A stretch of DNA of 64,000 bases from an uncultured delta proteobacterium (GTDB taxonomy: Bacteria; Myxococcota_A; Polyangia; Fen-1088). The notes under the pieces were generated by a model, which had not been told where the DNA came from, did no database searches, and saw only the letters and a program-made list of their open reading frames with translations. A program made the translations under genes and the position numbers. Of this stretch, positions 61,224 to 64,000 are shown one piece after another. The first letter of the stretch is position 1. Each line of letters opens with the position of its first letter. The stretch lies in assembly GCA_963824555.1 (NCBI GenBank), contig CAWGPW010000007.1, positions 26,186 to 90,185 of the forward strand, read 5' to 3'.

Positions 61224-61462
61224 CGCGTGGTCCGCGCCGAGCTATGCTCGGCGCGGACCATCGCGGGAAGGTTTGGAAACCCTCCCAGGGTTTCCATCTC
61301 AGCGCGTGGGGAGCCGCCGAGCTATGCTCGGCGCGAACCATCGCGGGAAGGTTTGGAAACCCTCCCAGGGTTTCCATTTCAGCGCGTGGGGAGCCGCCGA
61401 GCTATGCTCGGCGCGGACCATCGCGGGAAGGTTTGGAAACCCTCCCAGGGTTTCCATTTCAA
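61224..61462. repeat. Three tandem ~80-bp repeats, each with two strong hairpins, filling the intergenic space inside the ABC/LolA-like operon
   Basis: The landmark GAGCTATGCTCGGCGCG occurs at 61239, 61319 and 61399, giving an 80-bp period. Hairpin 1 is CCGCGCCGAGC-TAT-GCTCGGCGCGG. Hairpin 2 is GGAAACCCT-CCC-AGGGTTTCC. The array abuts the stop codon at 61459-61461. Confidence 0.9.
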
Positions 61463-62916
61463 TAGTACCCGCGCGCTTCGCAGAGCACGCGGAAGGCGTA
61501 GGGCACGACGCCGTATTCGCTGAAACTATCGTCCCCGACGCGAACCTCGCCGACGCCGAAGCCATGGACCGGAACGAAGCCGTAGAGTCCCAGGTTCAGC
61601 CACTCGCGGATGTTCCACGCCACCGACGGTGACAGAATCCCCGAGGAATCGCGCAGGCCTGCGATGAGCACCGCGCCAACAGTCCAGTCGTCCGCGATGT
61701 GCGGCTTGCTGTAGCTGACGATGAGGTAGTGCCGGCGCAGCGGATCGAAGGCGTAACGCTGAGGCAGGGCGCTGCCGGAGACAGCGCTGGTCACGCTCGG
61801 CTGGCTCTTGGCGTAGCTTTGAAGCGCGATCGCGTCGGCGAGCTCCTGGTCGCTGTAACCGTCGCGTTGGTAGTAGTACTCGACCGACAGCAGGCTTTCG
61901 TCGGCGAACATGCGCCGGGTGCCGGCGATCATGCGTGGGTAGAAGGCCGTGCTATCGGTCTTGCTGGTCGCGAAGGGCGCGCCGCCGGCGCACGCTGCCA
62001 GGTCCGCCACACACGCGTGGACCGGAAAGCTGCGCGCGGAGCCGCGGGTGAGCAACGCCTCGGCGTGCAGTTCGTAATCGGTGAAAAAGTAGCGCGACAG
62101 GCTGAGGCCCAGGCGGGACGTGTTGCGGAAGTCGTCTTGGTACGCGTTCGAGAAGTAGTAGATGAGATTCACGTCGGTGCTGGCCAGCAAGGCATAGAGC
62201 CGTCCCGCCAGGAGGTAGTGCGAGGTTTGATCGCGGGTATCCGCTCCAGTGGCCGGCGCGTAGCCCGGATAACGCATGAACGCGTAGGGTAGCCCGCTCT
62301 GCGTGTAGAGGGCTTGCGGTGCAAACAGCGCCGAGAGCGTGAACGTCTCGAACGGCAGCTCCACCCGTGCCAGCCAATTGCCGGCGCGCTGGTAGCTCGG
62401 GTCGGTGGGATCCTTGGGCGGATTGATCAAATCCGTTGGATTGAAGGCGAAACCGGCGCCCCAGGTGATGCGCTTCTTGCCGATGAGCACGTTCAACCAG
62501 GGCTTCGGCGACAGCGATAGATAGAGCTCGCTCGGCACCACCGCCGGGTGCAAGGCTGGCACGTCGTGGTTGGGCACCCGCGCGCGACCGCCGTTGCCGT
62601 CATCTTCGTAGAACAGCCAGCCGCCTTGGTACACCAGCGACAGATCGGCGTACGCGAACGAACCTCGTGTGCCCAAATTCACTTTCAGTTGCACGTTGGC
62701 CTCGGTAAGGGTGGCCAGGTTGGGCAGGTCCCGCGTGGCAATCGGCACGTCCGGCGTGATCTGTTGGTAGGCCGCGCGTTGGCTGATATAGCCGTTGACC
62801 TGGGCCTTCTCGTGCGGCGCCTCCACCTCTTGTACGTCTTGTGCAGAAACCGACGGAGACGAGAGGAAGACCAGCATGGCGATGGCTGCGCGAAGCACGT
62901 CAGCGTCCCAAATCAT
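61459..62916 (-). CDS. Outer-membrane beta-barrel (porin-like) protein associated with the ABC/LolA-like system
   Basis: Signal peptide …AAIAMLVFLSSPSVSAQD. The body is long, amphipathic and rich in aromatics, ending …GVVPYAFRVLCEARGYY*. No named family recognised. Confidence 0.8.
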   Translation of the reverse strand: MIWDADVLRAAIAMLVFLSSPSVSAQDVQEVEAPHEKAQVNGYISQRAAYQQITPDVPIATRDLPNLATLTEANVQLKVNLGTRGSFAYADLSLVYQGGWLFYEDDGNGGRARVPNHDVPALHPAVVPSELYLSLSPKPWLNVLIGKKRITWGAGFAFNPTDLINPPKDPTDPSYQRAGNWLARVELPFETFTLSALFAPQALYTQSGLPYAFMRYPGYAPATGADTRDQTSHYLLAGRLYALLASTDVNLIYYFSNAYQDDFRNTSRLGLSLSRYFFTDYELHAEALLTRGSARSFPVHACVADLAACAGGAPFATSKTDSTAFYPRMIAGTRRMFADESLLSVEYYYQRDGYSDQELADAIALQSYAKSQPSVTSAVSGSALPQRYAFDPLRRHYLIVSYSKPHIADDWTVGAVLIAGLRDSSGILSPSVAWNIREWLNLGLYGFVPVHGFGVGEVRVGDDSFSEYGVVPYAFRVLCEARGYY

Positions 62917-63628
62917 CGAGCACGAACTTCTGCGCTGGCGCCAGGACGCCCGCCCTCATGTCGACCATGGTCATTTCCGAGAAGCGCTTGGTGGCGAGCT
63001 CGTTGCGCATCACGATCCGCGCCGGTCGTTCCAGGCCATGAAAGGTCTTCGTGTTTTCGAAGGTCGCCGAGCGCAGCAGCTTGCCCGAGGCCGCGTAGTA
63101 CTCGGCCTTCACGGGTAGGCGCTTGGCCTTGCCGAGCCACAGTCGAATGCGGTCATAGCTGGCTTCGTTGCTCTTGGCGGAAAGCTCCACCGCCCACGCC
63201 GATGCGTCGACATCGGGCAAGAGCTTGGCGTCGTAGTCGGCCACGTAATTCACGCGCATGATGTCGCCGTTGTTGAAATCGCCGCCCTGGAAGCTCTCGC
63301 GCGATGCGATCCGCAGCGCGCGCTTGAGGTTCGGCATGTAGACCCACATGTTGTCGTCGACCTTCAGCATCTCTTGCCCCATGGCCGAGGCTGGTTCGAG
63401 GAACCACACGCGGGTTTTGTCGTTGCCAAGCTTGAGCACGCGGAGCTTGTAGCCGCGCGTGCTGCCGTCCTGGCGATGCGCGACCATTTCCATGACGGCC
63501 TCGAAGGTTTTGGGAGACATCACCTCGTCGTAGCGACGGACGAGCTCGTCGGCGGTCGGTGGGTTGGCGAGTGCGAGGCCGGTGGCGAGGACCAGGCACG
63601 CGAGGGCGAGACAGGGTGTTTTGATCAT
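62900..63628 (-). CDS. Outer-membrane lipoprotein-sorting (LolA-like) protein
   Basis: MIKTPCLALACLVLATGLALA (signal peptide). …DELVRRYDEVMSPKTFEAVMEMV…RVWFLEPASAMGQEML…MWVYMPNLKR… is the LolA-like family pattern. Confidence 0.85.
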   Translation of the reverse strand: MIKTPCLALACLVLATGLALANPPTADELVRRYDEVMSPKTFEAVMEMVAHRQDGSTRGYKLRVLKLGNDKTRVWFLEPASAMGQEMLKVDDNMWVYMPNLKRALRIASRESFQGGDFNNGDIMRVNYVADYDAKLLPDVDASAWAVELSAKSNEASYDRIRLWLGKAKRLPVKAEYYAASGKLLRSATFENTKTFHGLERPARIVMRNELATKRFSEMTMVDMRAGVLAPAQKFVLDDLGR

Positions 63629-63643
63629 GGTTGTGATTCCTTC

Positions 63644-64000
63644 CTAGTAGGCACGAAGTGCCTCGACTGGGTGCAGGCGCGAGCCTTTCCATGCGGGATA
63701 GAGCGCCGCGACCAGCGCGCCCAGGACGGCGAGCAGCACGACCGTAAGCAAGAAGCCGGTGCTGACCGCCGGGTAGTAGGTGACCGGCTCATTGGGACCG
63801 AAGGCGTGCGTGAAGCCGCCACGGCCGATGAGGTGCACCACCAGCGCGCCGAGAGCCGAGCCGCCGAGCGCACTGCCGAGCGCCATGAACACGGCCTCGC
63901 ACACGAACAGCAGGCGAATCTGACGGCGCCGAACCCCGACCGCGAGCATGGTGCCGATCTCGCGGATGCGCTCGTAAACCGACATCAGCATGGTGTTCAC
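63644..64000 (-). CDS. ABC transporter permease (FtsX/MacB-type), C-terminal part; gene continues beyond the window end
   Basis: …ERIREIGTMLAVGVRRRQIRLLFVCEAVFMALGSALGG…YPAWKGSRLHPVEALRAY* is the FtsX-like C-terminal TM bundle. Confidence 0.85.
   Translation of the reverse strand: MNTMLMSVYERIREIGTMLAVGVRRRQIRLLFVCEAVFMALGSALGGSALGALVVHLIGRGGFTHAFGPNEPVTYYPAVSTGFLLTVVLLAVLGALVAALYPAWKGSRLHPVEALRAY

Noticed and set aside
60676-61632. ORFs METLGGFPNLPAMVRAEHSSA… and others spanning the 80-bp repeats
   Set aside because: The same peptide recurs because the DNA is tandemly repeated. Frames are open on both strands. The region is better explained as a structured intergenic repeat.
1-64000. Search for tRNA, rRNA, tmRNA or riboswitch-like structures in intergenic regions (25597-26068, 43093-43159, 52728-53272, 57232-57674, 59176-59527)
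   Set aside because: I could not find cloverleaf-compatible or conserved ncRNA sequences by eye. Absence is not proven without tRNAscan or Infernal.

Overview
High-GC bacterial chromosomal window, roughly two-thirds G+C by eye. The gene style suggests a myxobacterium (Polyangiales/Sorangiineae-like), but the taxon is an inference. Everything here comes from reading the sequence and ORF track by hand; no searches were run.

Main content:
(1) A scattered island of at least 11 secreted lipoproteins. Each has a signal peptide, a lipobox Cys, a Gly/Ser/Thr-rich tether and then a hydrolase or binding domain. These include GH12, GH29, GH43, GH54, a GH54-like protein, three CE1/PHB-depolymerase-type esterase paralogs (one catalytically dead), a DUF3443 pepsin-like protein, an RCC1 propeller and a 1055-aa Cys-rich repeat protein.
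(2) Two ECF sigma factors. One heads a translationally coupled sigma / FecR-like anti-sigma / OM-barrel / pseudo-esterase operon.
(3) A urease cluster, ureD-ureAB(fused)-ureC-ureE-ureF-ureG.
(4) An NHEJ locus: LigD with a degenerate ligase module, a standalone ligase, DUF72 and Ku.
(5) A NifU-like plus GGGtGRT gene pair among secreted His/Cys-rich proteins.
(6) A REP-associated tyrosine transposase (RAYT)-like gene flanked by two inverted arrays, 20 or more copies in total, of a short palindromic motif.
(7) An ABC / LolA-like / OM-barrel operon interrupted by three tandem 80-bp double-hairpin repeats.
(8) Housekeeping genes: cfa, an FAD oxidoreductase, a methyltransferase, a hybrid histidine kinase, an ArsR regulator and an L,D-transpeptidase.

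Caveat: at least five otherwise intact genes, plus two remnants, carry single-base frameshifts, mostly in short homopolymers. These may be consensus indel errors rather than biology. I saw no rRNA, tRNA or CRISPR.
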